Counted from the stretch's first letter, positions 26,450 through 41,113 are shown. The stretch is 64,000 nt of DNA from Octopus vulgaris (GCA_951406725.2 OX597814.1:157852001-157916000); one strand, 5' to 3'. The notes: generated from the sequence alone by a model not told the origin. A program made the numbers and translations.

Positions 26450-29400
26450 AAAATGTCTCATAAAAAAAGGATCGTCAGAAAACAAACACCAAAGAAACGC
26501 ACGACGTGCAGCAGAAAACGGAGGTGAGAGACATGCACGGCTTGCAAATGATCGACAAAGAAAGAAACCGAACATCAAAGAAATGCACGACTTGCAAAGA
26601 TAGACAGCTCGACGTGCAGCAGAACACGGAAACGAAAGAAACGTACGACTTGCAGTTGATCGTCTTCGAATAGCATCACATTGTATGCAAGGAACACCAC
26701 AAGACACTGCAAACAGACGTGAAAATGACCGAATCAGGTACAAAGATGGTAGGTCACATCAGAAATGGCATCTTGCTGCTTTCAGCTACAACCCCAATCA
26801 TTGCTAAGAATTCTACATTGGCTGAAAGTTTCATCAATGCTATTACAAATGTTTTAACTGGACCACCTTGGTTATGCTGCAGGAGGGGGGAAATTATGTT
26901 ACCATTTTTTCCTAACCCTCCTGAAGAAAAGGAAATATTTTCTTCATGGAACTTCACCCTATTCAAAGAATTTTCTACAAAAAATACAACACTATAATAA
27001 TGTTTTCTAAATGACCTCATTTGGAACAAATATTGTGAATGAGGGAGGATTCATGCTCACATTCAAACTCCAAGGGCAAGTATATCATCGAATTGGTAGC
27101 ATTTTACCATTAGAAAATGAAGACTATGAATTTTTGCAAGTTTCTTTCATTAACAATATGCAAAACAAAGGGCAGATGAAGGGCTTCACTTAGATATAAT
27201 ACAACAACTTCAACAAATGCTTCATAACAATAATTATTATGTCAGGAGTTTCAAATGTAACCTTGATAATACAAAGCAGAAATTTTCAATTGGTGATCAA
27301 TTCTGATGAATAGCCCCCAACTGGGCACTCACAGCGTTTCAATGCACCAGAAACTAATGAGGTTGCTATAATTTTAGCAGGTGAACAAACTGCAAAAGGG
27401 GATATAATTATAAAGTGTAGAGATTGTTCCATTTAACGATTCAGTGATACACATCGCTCTGCAGTACTCGTTGATGTTCTATAGTACCCGTTTCTTTTTC
27501 CATGTGGAACAGATGGATATCACTTTGGTATACCTCAGGAAGAAGACAATTCTGCAAAAACTGTATCATGTATAGATTTTTATGCATTTCATCATATGAT
27601 GAAACCCTTCAGATTTTATTTATTGTATCGAAGGAGGGATTTATCTCAACAATTTGTTGTTGACATGTATACCAAGATTGAATCAGAAAGACTCACCTAT
27701 GTAAGAGCACACCCAAAAGAACTTTGGTTCGCTTCATGCATTCACTTACGGGACAGCATAAAGAATGATGGGTATCGAAATAAACTGGGGCAATTATGCA
27801 TCCTTCCATCGAGCTTCCCAAGTGGACCCCGCTATATGCATGAAAGAACACAAGATGTCATGACATATGTAAGAAAACATGGTAGATCAGATTTATTTAT
27901 AATTTTTACATGCAACCCAAAATGGCCTGAAATATAAGAGCAACTCTTTCATGATCAAGGAGCACGTCATAGACATGATTTCATAGCACGGGTTTTTCAC
28001 TTAAAATTAAATAAGATGATGTACCTCTTTTCAAAGTCATATATCTTTTGGGGAAGTTCGCTGTTCCATGTATACAATGGAATGGGAGAAAAGGGGATTG
28101 CCTCATACCGGTATTTTACTTTGGTTATGCACAAAAATTAACTCAAATCGAATTGATTCTATAATTTTGGCCAAATTCCTGATCTTGCCATTGATCGAAC
28201 ATTCTATGACATCGCGATAGCTCATATAGTTCATGGCGCTCGGGGTGCACAAAACCTTCAGTTACCATGCATGAAGGAAGGGGAATATCCAAAGAATTTT
28301 GATTATCACTCTCAATTTAGCAACGATGGATATCCCACGTACAGAAGAAGGAAAGCAGAAGATGGAGGAGAGCGAGCCAAAGTTGTAAATCGTGAAGTAG
28401 ACAATCGATGGGTAGTTCCTTACTGCCCATTTCTGTCAAATACTTTCAATGCTCACATCAATGCAAAGTATTGTAACTCCATGAAGAACATAAAGTATGT
28501 ATACAAATACATAGGTAGAGGTAGTAATGCTGCTCCTTTCGCCATTCAAGAAATCACTAACGACGAAGTTTAAATAATAACAATTAGGGAGATATTATAA
28601 GCAGTAATGAGGCCAGAAGGCGCATATTTGGATTCCCAATTCACGAAAGGCACCTTGCCATAAAGCAACTTTCTGTGCATTTAGAAAATGGTCAAAGGGT
28701 TTACTTCACTCTTGAGACAGCTGAAAATCAAGTTTCAAATCCAAAGGATATCACGAGGTTTCTTCTTATTACACATGGAGTAATAATAAATGGAAGAGAC
28801 ACAAAATAGGTAAAAAGGTTCAAGGTCATTCTGTGATTAAGTTTGATACAACAGTTGGTAGAGTATATACTATACATCCTAACGAAAATGAATGCTTTCG
28901 ACTCAGGATGCTTCTTCGTGTAAAAAAGGGAACAACTTCATAGGGAAGGTTGAAAAAAGTTGATGGTGAAATTTGCAGAACATATCGAGAAACGTGTTTG
29001 AAGTTAGGTTTGCTTGCAACACGGGAAGAAGTTAGTTTCAATATCAAAAACACCAAAGAGTTTAAGAGGTATTTTTGTTATTATTCTCAAAAATTGTGAA
29101 ATGAGTGATCTTGAACTGTGGAATAAGTTCAGAAATAATTTTGCTGAAGATTTCAAGCACTAACTTCAGTTGAGTAATCCTGAGCAAGATATTGGTTTCC
29201 CTAATGTTATATACAATGCTGCTTTGATTGAAATAGAAGATCAAAATATATCGATGGGAAAATGTATTTCTCCCACTAACTAATAGAGTGGACCTTAACA
29301 TTCTGTCCAATGAAATAATGAGGGAAATTTTCTATGATATGGAGGAACTGGCCATGTACATAAATTGTAATCTTACCAAGCTTCTACCCGATCAACGGCG

Positions 29401-29770
29401 TGCATTTTCCAGTCATAGAAAGTATTAATAATAACATAGGAGGACTTTATTTCTTAGATGCTCCAGGAGGTACTTGGAAAAAATTTGTTTCTTAAACGCT
29501 TCCTGGCTAAAGTTCGTCAAGAAAATAAAATAGCTTTAGCTACTTCTACTTCTGGAATTACAGCAACATTTTTACCCAGATGTTGGACTGCTCATTCAAC
29601 ATTCAAGATAATTTTAGATTTATCTAACAAAGAAGATCCAGTTTGTAATATATCTAAATTCTGGAATAAGGGAACTATTACAAAGATGTCCCTTAATTGC
29701 CTGGGGTGAATGTACCATAGCCCACAAAAAAGGCTTTTGAAGCTGTGAACAGAACATTACGAGACGTTAA
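26450..29770 (+). pseudogene. Degenerate autonomous Helitron (Rep + start of PIF1 helicase)
   Basis: GQVYHRIGS, RFNAP, QQFVVDMYTKIE, ILPSSF..GPRYM, DLFIIFTCNP.WPEI, KRGLPH, DGYPTYRRR, DNRWVVPY, KYVYKY, DAPGGT.K, SGITA..TAHSTFK; many stops and frameshifts. Confidence 0.9.
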
Positions 29771-29799
29771 ATGAGGCACCTTTCAGGGTGATTTCCTCT

Positions 29800-31970
29800 C
29801 CCGATTACTCCTTTGCATGTCACTGATCAACCAAACTGTAAAAACGAACGGGCAGAAACAAATTGAGGAGTGATGGGGCCACAAGCTTCTGCAAAGCCGG
29901 TATATACTTCGAAGTCGAAATACTGATATAGATCAAGCAACAACCCATCAGTGGCTAAGAAGTTCAGGACTGAAAGTTTCTCCCATGCAACCGATGTCTC
30001 AGTGAAACGTGCGAAAGACACATGCAAAATCAACATCGGAGACTTTACAAACTATAAGATTATAAGTGGAATAAAACAGTAAGTACGTAAATTGTTTAAT
30101 TACGCATACTCTCGAATGCCTATACAATAATGCATACATATCCTTCCCCTAATGTCAATGTCCAAGCTCGTTATGCCTCAATGATAACAAGGCAAAATAC
30201 ATACCAGATTGACCTTCACCCATGTAAACAAGGTCCACTCACCCCAGTGAGGAACCAGACTGGATACAAAAAATCAGCTACTGGTTCAAATTTTTCCGAA
30301 ACACAGGAGCTAGAAGAACCCCACAACCGGGGATATTCCAACAGATGTTCAACTACGCTCGTCATCAAATAATTAAAATAAAATGAATGAAAAATGATCA
30401 TGGGAAGAAAATAAAAAAGTTCTTAAGGCCTTCTATCATGCCATGTATTTCTCCGCTAATAAATCTAATACTAGACAACCCTACCAAAACTGGATAGAGA
30501 AGCACCTTGGAATAAGATCCTACATAAATAGTAATAAGCTTGCCAACGTCAGAAGAAACATTATAAAAACGAAATGTTTGACAAAAATATAAATCCTCTC
30601 ATTTACATGGATGATTTAAAGCTCTTTGCAAAAAAATGACCAACAACTATAGGACTTACTAGGAATTGTTAAACAGTTCAGTGATGATAAATGCGCAAAA
30701 GCTACAATTATCAAAGGAAAAATGATAGAAACGTCCAACGTTAATCTCGACCAGCAGAATGTCATAAAGCAGTTAGAACCAGCGAAGAACTAGCAGTTAG
30801 AACTAGCTGTAGTTGAAGGTGATGGAATCAGATATTTAATGATGAGGAAAAGGATGAGAAAAGAATGTTATTGTAGGGTAAGTGCAATACTCAAGATAGA
30901 GCTGAATGCAAGAAACTAGATCGAAGCGATCAATACTTTAGCCATACCGGTCGTGACTTATAGTTCCAACATTATTAACTGGTCAATTACTGAAATCTGT
31001 AATCTTGATAGAAAAATACGAAATTTGTTAACAATACATAGAATGCACCAGCCACGACTTTGCCTGCCAAGAAAAGAGGGTGGCGGTAGACTTTTACAAC
31101 TGGAATCAACAATGAATATTGCCACAACTGATCTGAGCACCTAACTGAAAAACTCTGATGACTGGATGTAAAACTTGTTTTGAAGCATGAAAACAAGAAA
31201 ACATCATACCCAGTCAAAAAAAAAAAAAACAGGCAAAGCAATATATAAGTGAATTTCAACACCAACAAGTTTCAGAATTAGACGTATTGGAAACAAGCAC
31301 ATGAAAATTTAAGAGTATGAAAGCTTTATATATTCTTACTGATAAATGAGAAGAAAAACCTCTCAGTGGCAAATCCACAATAATGCCGATGTTGACAAAG
31401 GCCTTACTCATCAATGGTTAGTGTCTTCTGGCTTAAAATCAAAGGCAGAAGAGTTTATCATAGTAGCCCAAAATCAATGCCTACCTACAAGAAGCTACCA
31501 GGCCAACATCTTAAAGAACGGCAGCAGCCCAACATGTCGTGTATGTAAAGAAGAAAATGAAACCATTGACCATGTCGTCTCTATGTGCAGTCTTCTTGCG
31601 CCTACAGAGTATCTCAATTGGCATGATAGAGCAGCACAATATTTTCACTAGATAATTTGCAAAGACTTGGACCTGACCCATGATAAAAACTGGTGGGAAC
31701 ACAAATCACTGCCAGTGCTTGAAAATGACATCTCACTCCTTTGGAACTCACCATTCAAACTCACAGAAAGATGCAAATAGGCCGGACATTATATAGAAGA
31801 ATTTTAGACCAAACTCCCGCCTTCTCATCCATATGATTGTTTCAATCGACATGAATATATCTATCAAAAACTACCAGAATCTGTGCAATTATAAAGATCT
31901 TGAAGCAGAAATTGGCAAAATGTGAAACTTCAAGACTAAAACAATACCTGCCGTCATACGTGCCCTCATA
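29800..31970 (+). mobile_element. Internally deleted, decayed R4/Dong-like element (family A-related)
   Basis: N-terminal GPLTPVRNQTG and NKLANVRRNII motifs join at ~30590 directly to YMDDLKLFAK, then CCHC and RLE similar to 4000-5410. Confidence 0.8.
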
Positions 31971-33061
31971 TGTCATATGTCATATGTGCTCCTTGGGGCA
32001 TTCAGATGCATACCCCAAGTGAGAATCTCTACACACCCCACATTCTGTATAAATCATAACATGTCGGTTATGATTCCTCGTGGAATTCACTTGACTCATG
32101 TTGTTGCACAATGGACAGGGTTTACCTCTCTTGCGGCTGTTTTTCAAGGTACAACGTGCAGATACTACGATGTTAGTTTTCTTGGAGTCAGAAATAGAGG
32201 TCAATATATCTCTTATATTTATATTCCGTCTCAAGGCTACAATAAGCGGCTGGGGAAATATCTGTTTGAAACGATTACACTTGCTTGCAACATGCTAGTA
32301 ACTTTCATGCAACACTTTTGAAATACCAGCAAAATTTCGGTGCCAGTAATCACTAAAGGAATTCTGTCACATATTGCACTGTGTTTGCTAAAATGATGCA
32401 TGAAGATGTGACTTTCTTTGCTAAACTTAGCTATCCCATTTGCTATTTCTTTTAATCGTAATTCACTGTAACTGCGTTTGACATGACGGTGTACAAAATC
32501 ATCTGCTTGTTGCCAGTAATCCCCTATGTCAGTACAAACCAGTTTTATCCTCAAAAATTGGTAGTTCGGATTTGACCGAATTATATGACATAGATACTCA
32601 GAGCGGCGGTGGAGGCTTTTTAAGATTCTTTTCAATCCAATTATGCGAGATTCGATCATCACTATTTTTACTGAAAAATTTTACTTGCACCGCAAAGCAG
32701 CAAATCAGTGACCGACAGTTACTTTGCATACAATATATCGCTAGCAGAAGCGGATCTTAGCTGTCACTCCATTGCGCAGGTGCACGCAGCTGACGTGAGC
32801 CAAGTAGCCCGAAACCGGCCGATCCCGCGATCCTGTCAGCTGATGGAGAATAGTAGTACGGTTTCGCTCCCACTGCTAGCGATGTATTGTATTTAAAGGG
32901 TGCAGAGTTTGCACCGAAAACCAGCTAGCGGAGAATCTGACTGGAGTTAAACTAGTAGTAATATTCAAGTCATTTGTCACTTTGATATGGCTACTTGCTC
33001 TACTGTTTAGTATACGTTACTACTCAATCTCTTCTTTAGATTTTATAACTAATATTAATAA

Positions 33062-34814
33062 CACTGGGAAACAATTTTAGAGAAAATAATGTCATGCTTT
33101 TTACAATTAGTCCTACCTAAGTTGATGGAGCTGGGTTTAGAAATGCCCTCAGAAACGTTCTATCACGTGAACGTTTTGTTAAACACGAATTCATTTTATT
33201 TATCAAAAAATGTTAATTTTTCCATGAAATGCAATACTGATGTAAGAAACTAACACAAACCAAATAGTACTGTTTATTGTTTAAGAGATACATTGTACAA
33301 AATGTGTAATTACACATCTTAGAATTGATATTTCTGTCAAACTGGAATTTTAGCTACTCAAGGAATGAACGTTCTCTTTGCTACCTTATATGAGTAAATT
33401 GCATAACGCCAGTCTCTTTGCAACTACCTGCAGTAGACAGCATCATATTGGTGTTCCATCTGCCTTGATTTCTAGTCTGCATGTTCTCGATGCCTTGGCT
33501 GAACCTTTCTCTTTTCTCGTCACTTATTGCCATATGATTTTCAAGGAAGTAGTCCAGATGACAGTGCAGAAAATGTACATTTACGCTCATCTTGTAGTCT
33601 AGTGATCGAAAAATGGATAACAAGGTGTGCACAACTTCTTCATAATTTGATGGCTTCCTGTTTCCCAATAAATCAGATACAACTACAGCAAGCGCATTCC
33701 AGGCTTCTTTTGCAATGCTAAACATAGTCTCCAAAAATAACTCGACCTGCAATAGCCACTTAATGTGGCCCGTCAAACACACTAAACTTAATTTTCTCAG
33801 AAGACAAAACTCGAAACTTTCTCCTTAAGTATTTGAAGCAGTCACTGTCCTAATGTTTCAACACATGTGTTGCACACTATATGAGATACCCACGCTTTGC
33901 TTTGTCACCCTGTTTCATGCTAAAGTAAGGAAGTAAGGTAGGCTTTCTTCACAAAATTTTGTTTCACTGCCTAATCCAGAAATAAGCAAAAGACATCGGG
34001 ACTGTTTTTACATTCTCTTCTCTGACAATTGGCCATATTTCTGAAATACAAAACATATTCAAGCTAGTTGTCACTTGGAAAAAGCATTTTCAGGAAAGTC
34101 AACAGTTATAATGTAAGCAAATGCAGGTTTGTGATGGCAAAGTTCCATAAAGTGCATACATACCATGAAATTCTTTCTACAGTTCTTTGACCATGCATGA
34201 CAAAAAGTGATCTTGACCCATGTAACTTTACACTTAAAACATTAATTGCATATTCAGAATTCTAGTTTCCATAAGAAAGAGTTAAGAGTTCAGCAAAGCA
34301 TGTTTCATCTAGTTTGCAATGATAGTCACACTAAATGAAGCAAAGTGTGGGCATATCTACGGACAAATGCCGTAAATATGAGACATGTATGCTATCAAGG
34401 GCCACAAAAGCATGTTGTTTCTTATCATCCAGTTGTTTAAAGGATATTTCTGTCATCAGCGTGGCATTTAAAACTCATTAGATCGAAAACAATGTAAGTT
34501 GCTCATATTTGATCATTTTTATTTACTGAGGATACTTAAATCGTGAGTTTTGTTTTCACTTTTGTATTTGAATGTACTTTAAATGAAACCGAAAACCTAT
34601 ATTTTCAAAGTGATTTCAAGCTCCATACACGGGTTCGAATTTCCTTAGAAATGGTGACAATATCAGAAATGTTATGTTTAAAAAAATGGACATTTGAGTT
34701 CATGAAACATCTTTATGTCATTGAGCAAATGGTTTTCTTTTTTGAAATCAACACTCCTGAATTAATAGGAAACATGTCTCCAACATCAGACAACAAAAAC
34801 ACTGTTCCCCAGTG
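33062..34814 (-). mobile_element. Chapaev3-type (CMC) DNA transposon, defective
   Basis: Termini CACTGGGAAACA / TGTTCCCCAGTG with TAA on both sides (TWA TSD); ORF 33381-33782 AW..V..LLGN....NY, MS..VHFLH.HLD.F..N...SDE..ERF.Q.I..M..R.QG.W. Confidence 0.8.
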
Positions 34815-35089
34815 TAATAATCCTTTAATTACTTTAGGCACTAATCCTGAAGTATTGTAGGAGGCGTTCCTCAGTGCTGAACTGGTAACTGCCTGAATTG
34901 GTAATTATCTGAACAGCTAATTACCCAAACTGGTAATTATTTTATCGACTCTGAAAGGATAAAAGGCAAAATCAATATCGATAACATTTGAACTCAGAAA
35001 CTAGTGGGCTGGAAGAAATGATGCTACGTATATATTTGATCATAATTGATCATAACTTGCTGAAATATGAAATAGGTTATAACGACTTA

Positions 35090-35417
35090 AGTTTGGAATC
35101 AATAGGATGTGAAAAATAAAGAATGTAATTTATCACACGAGTAATCGTAAGTGCATTAGGGACAGCAAAGGAAGACAACAGCAAAATATAAAGAGAAAAT
35201 CGAAGTAGATTGTGAGACGGAGCTATTGCAAATAGTTTGCTTATTACGAACAGCTAAAATATTACGAGGGAAACTCGAGGACTAGATTGACGAAAAGGAA
35301 TGCAAAAGTAAGCGGTGGGGGTTCCTTCATAGCATAGGCTATCGAAGCTGGAAAGTATCAAAACTAAGCTTATTATTTCTCTCTCCCTCTTTCTCTCTCT
35401 CTTTCTCTTTCTCTCCG

Positions 35418-35464
<47 letters not shown>

Positions 35465-36680
35465 GTGATGATAAAGGACAAAGTGAAAAGATGCTCGTGT
35501 GGTGCTAGATCAAAGGGCTTTGAACAGAATACATTGCTTCAATCAAACTGAACGCGTCATCTTGAAGAAATAGTGGGGGGAACATCAGGAAGTAATTGCT
35601 TATGTTGAAGAAAGGAAAGCGTTTTGAGAAAAACTTTGGAACAGGCTAGTGAGACATAGCGAATGTGCAGAGTTGTTAACACAGGTGAAGCGACAAATGG
35701 TAATTAGAGCTTGCAAACGCAGATTGACTGGAATGAATGTAATATGGTTGTATTATAAAAAAAGTATCAAGTCGGATAAGTACATCTATGAGCATGCTTG
35801 CAGTAACAGAAAATATGAAGAAAATAGTCAATAAACATATGGAATACTGGAGTACTGATTTGACTGGAAGAAAAGAGATGAACTTGATATTAAGGAAAGT
35901 CAAAATAACGTATGAATTGGGAAAAGATAAATCATCTCCAATTCATGGATGATAATAAGCGTCATGCGAAAATGAGAAGCAGCAGGAATATCTTGTGCAT
36001 TCTCTTTGTATTTTCTCAAACGATTTAGAAATGAAATTCGGGATTGAAAAGTGCACTATACTGATAATGAAACGCAATAGATTTGAAGGAAATAATGGAG
36101 TTGAAATGCCAAATGGGCAGATAATGAAATCATTTGAGAACGTAGAGTAGGAAAGGTATTTGAGATGACAAAAGACACGAAAAGGAAGAAGTATAGAAAG
36201 AAACTGAGGGAAATATTACAATCGAAGTTGAATTCCAGAAATGATAGTGAAGCCCTAGAAACAATACATACCGAATGAATTGCGGGGTATTCCTAACAGA
36301 CCGATACTGGACGTAGGTGATGGAGCACTCCAATAAAATAAACAATTCGGTGAAAACTTAGCAGAACTAATATTGTTATATGTGGAAGGGAACAAATATC
36401 ATGCAATGTTGTCGGGGTCAGCTACATAAGCGAATGTAAATGTACAATCAAAGTCCAGTATGATGTATTAACAGGGAACTTACAGAACTTGTACCCTGAC
36501 TATAAATTGTCATTTGTACTTATTATCATAGGCTCATTAGCTTATGTACCAACAAGTAGTCCCCAAAACCTAGAAAGAAATATTAGGTTTCAGGAAGAAA
36601 GAGTAAAACAAACTGACTCGAATTCTCCAAATGCAATCTATAAGCAGCACAGTGAAGATTTGTAAGACATTCCAAATTTT
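35090..36680 (+). pseudogene. Old R4-like retrotransposon fragments
   Basis: VIVSALGT..TAKILR (~35150-35270) and FMDD...MKFGIEKC (~35940-36060) remnants. Confidence 0.55.
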
Positions 36681-36964
36681 CCTCACTTATCACTTTTAGA
36701 TGAATATATGCATACACTTGGGTGAACAGATGCTCATCCGACACACGAATTTAACCACACATTTACAAACACTGGAAACGCTCTTAACTCAAATGTCTTA
36801 TCATTTTCCCATTAACAACTTAAAAATTAAAGACGAGTACATACATACTTACACACGCACACACAGACACACACAGACACACATACAGCCACACACATAT
36901 ACACACATACAATCAGGCACACAAATACATACATACACACACATACACACTCACACATACACAC

Positions 36965-37006
<42 letters not shown>

Positions 37007-37014
37007 GTATAAAG

Positions 37015-37330
37015 AGTAAAGATACCCTTCGGTCACGAATAACCATGAGATTGCAAATAGAAATTTCATCTCCGAGACACAAGTCCGGGCAAGGTTGTCG
37101 CCCATGCATAGCAGCCTCCTCTTTCCACGACACCAATGTTATCCAAGGGGAAGGCAAATGCCGATATAGATTGTCACTAAAGACGTCACATTTCATTTCT
37201 ACAGCTGAGTCAACTAGATCAACGTGAAATAAAGTGCATTGCTTAAGAAAGCAACACAAACCCGATACGGGAATCGAAATTACAAGCACATGCTTGTAAG
37301 CCCGATTCACTAACTAAGCATAGAACCATG
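37015..37330 (-). mobile_element. SINE (third family)
   Basis: Matches 43912-44172 (GTAAAGA.CCCTTCGGTCA.GAAT...CAACGTGAAATAAAGTG); B-box-like TTCGATTCC on minus strand. Confidence 0.7.
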
Positions 37331-37520
37331 TGCCTTCACTGCTCCATATGTGTGCTAATAATTTGCATTTAATGACATACCTCTGGGTTCTGTCTCACTG
37401 CGTGGAACCTTACAGAAATGTTTTCAACTGTTGCTTCGGCCCCACCAAACCCTTGCGAGAGGATTCGTTAGATCGAATCTCAAAGAATCCTGTCGCATAC
37501 ACACACACACACACACATAC

Positions 37521-37709
<189 letters not shown>

Positions 37710-38046
37710 CCATTTGGGAGTTTTTCCGAGTCTGTATCTCCACCAGTGTTTCACCACCGGTATGGGTGTGTTTACTTACCTATAACCTTGTAGTTCAATA
37801 GAAGGTTCCTCATAACATGTGTGTGTATGTGTGTGTGTATGTGTGGGTCTGTGTGCGTAAGATACATGTATACACGGAACACACGTACACTGCACACACG
37901 TACAATAATTACAAAAAAGTCTTATTTTCTCATCTTTAGGCAAAAAACCCCCAAAAATATATGTATGTATATGTGTGTTTATGTAAGTGCGTATGCAAAC
38001 CTCTCTCTCTCTCTCTCTCTCACTCTAATATATATATATATATATA

Positions 38047-40747
38047 TCAGGTTGAGTATAAAGTAAGCAACATTTTGAACCATGAAGAGTTTGTACCGGA
38101 TTTTTGTAGAGTTGTAAATTATTTTAAAATATTTTTTTGCAATTGTCTGATTATACAGACACAGACTTGCTCAAATGCATCAATAAATTAACATTGATAT
38201 TTTTTTCCATCGTTGTTACAATCATGGTCGACCGAGTTGATCGTTAAATTTTAGTCAAAGTTGTATTTGTTATTAATTGTTGTATCTTAAGACACTTGTA
38301 TTTGCTGCCTTGCGGTATTTTTGTTAACGCTGTCCACCTTGTTTGAAAGGGGAGGTGCTGTTAAAATGGAGAGAATTAGCTGCTCAGACAGACCTGTCTT
38401 CGTCTGAGGAGGAGGTGGCGAGATGTCTAGACGAAATAGATAGATTGACTCAAAGAAGGAGTTTCACAAAGGCGGTGAGACGGCGGTCTGAAGATGTGTG
38501 TCTAGAGGGGATTGAAAGATTCCAAGAAATCATGAAAAGGGAAGGGAACAATGGCAAGGTATCCCCTACCAAGGAAACTACCGATAGGACATCCAAAAGA
38601 ACGGTGTAGCTACGAGGGCTGAAGTGGAAAGGACTCTGTAGCCCATTTGGAAAGAGGTGGATTACCTAGCTAGAGAGAGAAAGTTCGCAACGGTGGAGGT
38701 GCGGTTTGCTTTCGAGGCTGTGGACAGGCAGCATGCTGTTACTCCCCTCAAGACGGAAGGGGTGGTCCTTATACCCATTTAGCTGGGAAGACGTGCTCAT
38801 CGGGTAAGGGTAGAAGTGAGGTGGATGTTGCCTGGCTGATAGCCGCCATCCTACATGGTATGGAGGGCCATATTGTGGTCTTCCAGGCAAAAAGAGTACC
38901 GACAAGAAATTGGCAAGGGCAGGGCCTGGTAATGGTGATACAGGCTGCCCCAGTGGATCTAGAAAATATGGTGGAGACCATCAAAGTCGATAGAGACATC
39001 AAGTTGAGAGTCATGGTGTAGGGCAGGACGCCCAGGTGTTTCAATATTTGAGGAAAAGGCCACATTAAGTCAGAATGCTCTCCACCTAGTGCAAAGGAAC
39101 CAAATGAAAAGGTTTCACCTCCACCTCTGGTGAAGTCGTCTACAAGTGAAGAGGAGCCTCGAAAGGAAGAAGAGCAGGAACGGACACAAGCTAAAAGAAG
39201 GAGGAAAACTAGAAAAAGATCTGAGGGAAAAAATGTGAATTCCAATCCTACTCCCACCGTACTCCCATCCGACTCCCACCCGATTCCATTCTGCCACATC
39301 CTCTCCCTGCAGTCACCAACCCTTCCCCTGCCTCTACAGACAGATGCCGAAAACTGCCCAACCCCCAACCCCAAAAATGTGTTTTGGTTTAATGGAATAC
39401 TGTGGGACAGAAATATTGGATATAAGCATGACAGCAGACGCAAGTAAGATGCCGTCTAAGTATCTTAATTATAAGTTTGTAAAAAATAAGTGAAAAAAGT
39501 GTAAAAGAAGTGGCTCGGATGTGGCGTCGAGTGGCTTTGTTCCATTTCCTTATTCCTTTTTTTCATCTTTCCCATTCGTTTGTCTTTTTTCGTCAGCACT
39601 TATGTTTGTATTTGCCCCTCTGTATTTAATTCCTTGTGAGTAATAAAGAAATCGTTGTTACTATAATCTGAAATGGAACTGTGAAAGCCCGATATTCGAG
39701 CAATTCTTCTATTCAGCTTCAAAAAAGGACGTAAAGCAGCCGAAACTGCTCGCGATATCAGCGAAACGTTTGGTGAGGAAACTGGTTTAAACGATTTCGC
39801 AGTGGAGACCTGAGTCTTGAAGATCGTGAGCGTAATGGACGAACAACTGTCATCGATGACGGTAAATTAAAGACCGTCATTGAGAAAGATTCACGTAAAA
39901 CCACTCGAGAACTGGTGAACGAACATCAGGTTAATCAGAAAACTGTTTGCAACTATTTGCATGCGATCGGAAAATGACAAAAGTTCGGCAAATGGGTACC
40001 ACACGATTTGAATGAAAATCAGAAAATGTGCAGATATGAAATTTGCTCGCCGCTTCTTCTCCGTAACTAGAAATATCCTTTTCTTGACCGTATCGTAACT
40101 TGCGATGAAAAGTGGATTCTGTACAATAATGAAAATCGTTTTTCGCGGTTGTTGGACCAAAATGGAGCACCGAAAACCTTCCCTAAGCCGGAGTTTTTCG
40201 AAAAGAAGGTTATGGTAACAGTTTGATGGTGTATTGCTGAACTTAGCCACTATAACTTCTTAAAACCCGGAAGAACAATTACTGCAGAAACAAATTGCCA
40301 TGAAATTGCCAAATTGAACGAAAAACTGCTGCTACTCCTTCCTAGACTGGCCAACAGAAGAGGGCCAATCATTCTTCATGACAAAGTTCGATCCCACGTT
40401 TCACCAATGACGCTCCAGATGTTCAGAGAACTTGGCTACGAAGTGTTTTCCCACCCAGCTTATTGCTCAGACCTTTCCCCTACCGACTGCCAGTCTTTCA
40501 AGCACCTTGATAGTTTCCTGCGGGCGAAGACGTTAAAAAAATCAAACCGATGCTCAAAGTGCGTTCAAAGAGTTCATCAGATCCAGAACTCCAAATATGG
40601 ATGTTACCGGAATAAACAAACTTCTAACACGTTAGCAAAAATGTGTTGATTGTAATGGTATTTACTTTGATGAATATAATTTCCGCAGTGTCGAAATATA
40701 TTGTGATGAATTTCATGCTTCAAAATGTTGCTTACTCTTTACTCAGC

Positions 40748-40751
<4 letters not shown>
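38047..40751 (+). mobile_element. mariner transposon (DD34D-type, defective) interrupted by a retroelement
   Basis: TIRs TCAGGTTGAGTATAAAGTAAGCAACATTTTGAA / TTCAAAATGTTGCTTACTCTTTACTCAGCCTGA in (TA)n; transposase ~39674-40650 with WFKRFRSG, FLDRIVTCDEKW, LHD, HPAYCSDLSPTD. Confidence 0.92.
38220..39650 (+). mobile_element. ORF1-only (gag/zinc-knuckle) non-LTR retroelement, HAL1-like, decayed
   Basis: 11-bp TSD ATCGTTGTTAC at 38209-38219 and 39651-39661; ends AATAAAGAA; GRTPRCFNI*GKGHIKSEC knuckle at ~39021-39080; no RT seen. Confidence 0.7.
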
Positions 40752-40835
<84 letters not shown>

Positions 40836-41072
40836 TATATACATATATGTATGTATATATACATAAATAGCCCGTATATATATTTATATATCTGTGTGTA
40901 TGCGTGTGTGTGTGTGTTTGTGTGTGCGAGTGTGTGCTCTCTGTGCTTATATATGTGTATGTATTATAGATTTCTCTGTATATTTGAGTTTAAAAAACAA
41001 AAGAAAATTCAACTGCTAGGATTATATCTCTGCACTGCAGGTATAAACTTGTCTGTGTGTATATGTGTATGT

Positions 41073-41113
<41 letters not shown>

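Noticed and set aside
38769-39443. 224-aa minus-strand ORF (and similar antisense ORFs over the R4 elements)
   Set aside because: Antisense shadows of retroelement coding sequence with no recognisable motifs
39674-40650. SETMAR-like host gene
   Set aside because: TIR-bounded mariner with stops and frameshifts; no SET domain
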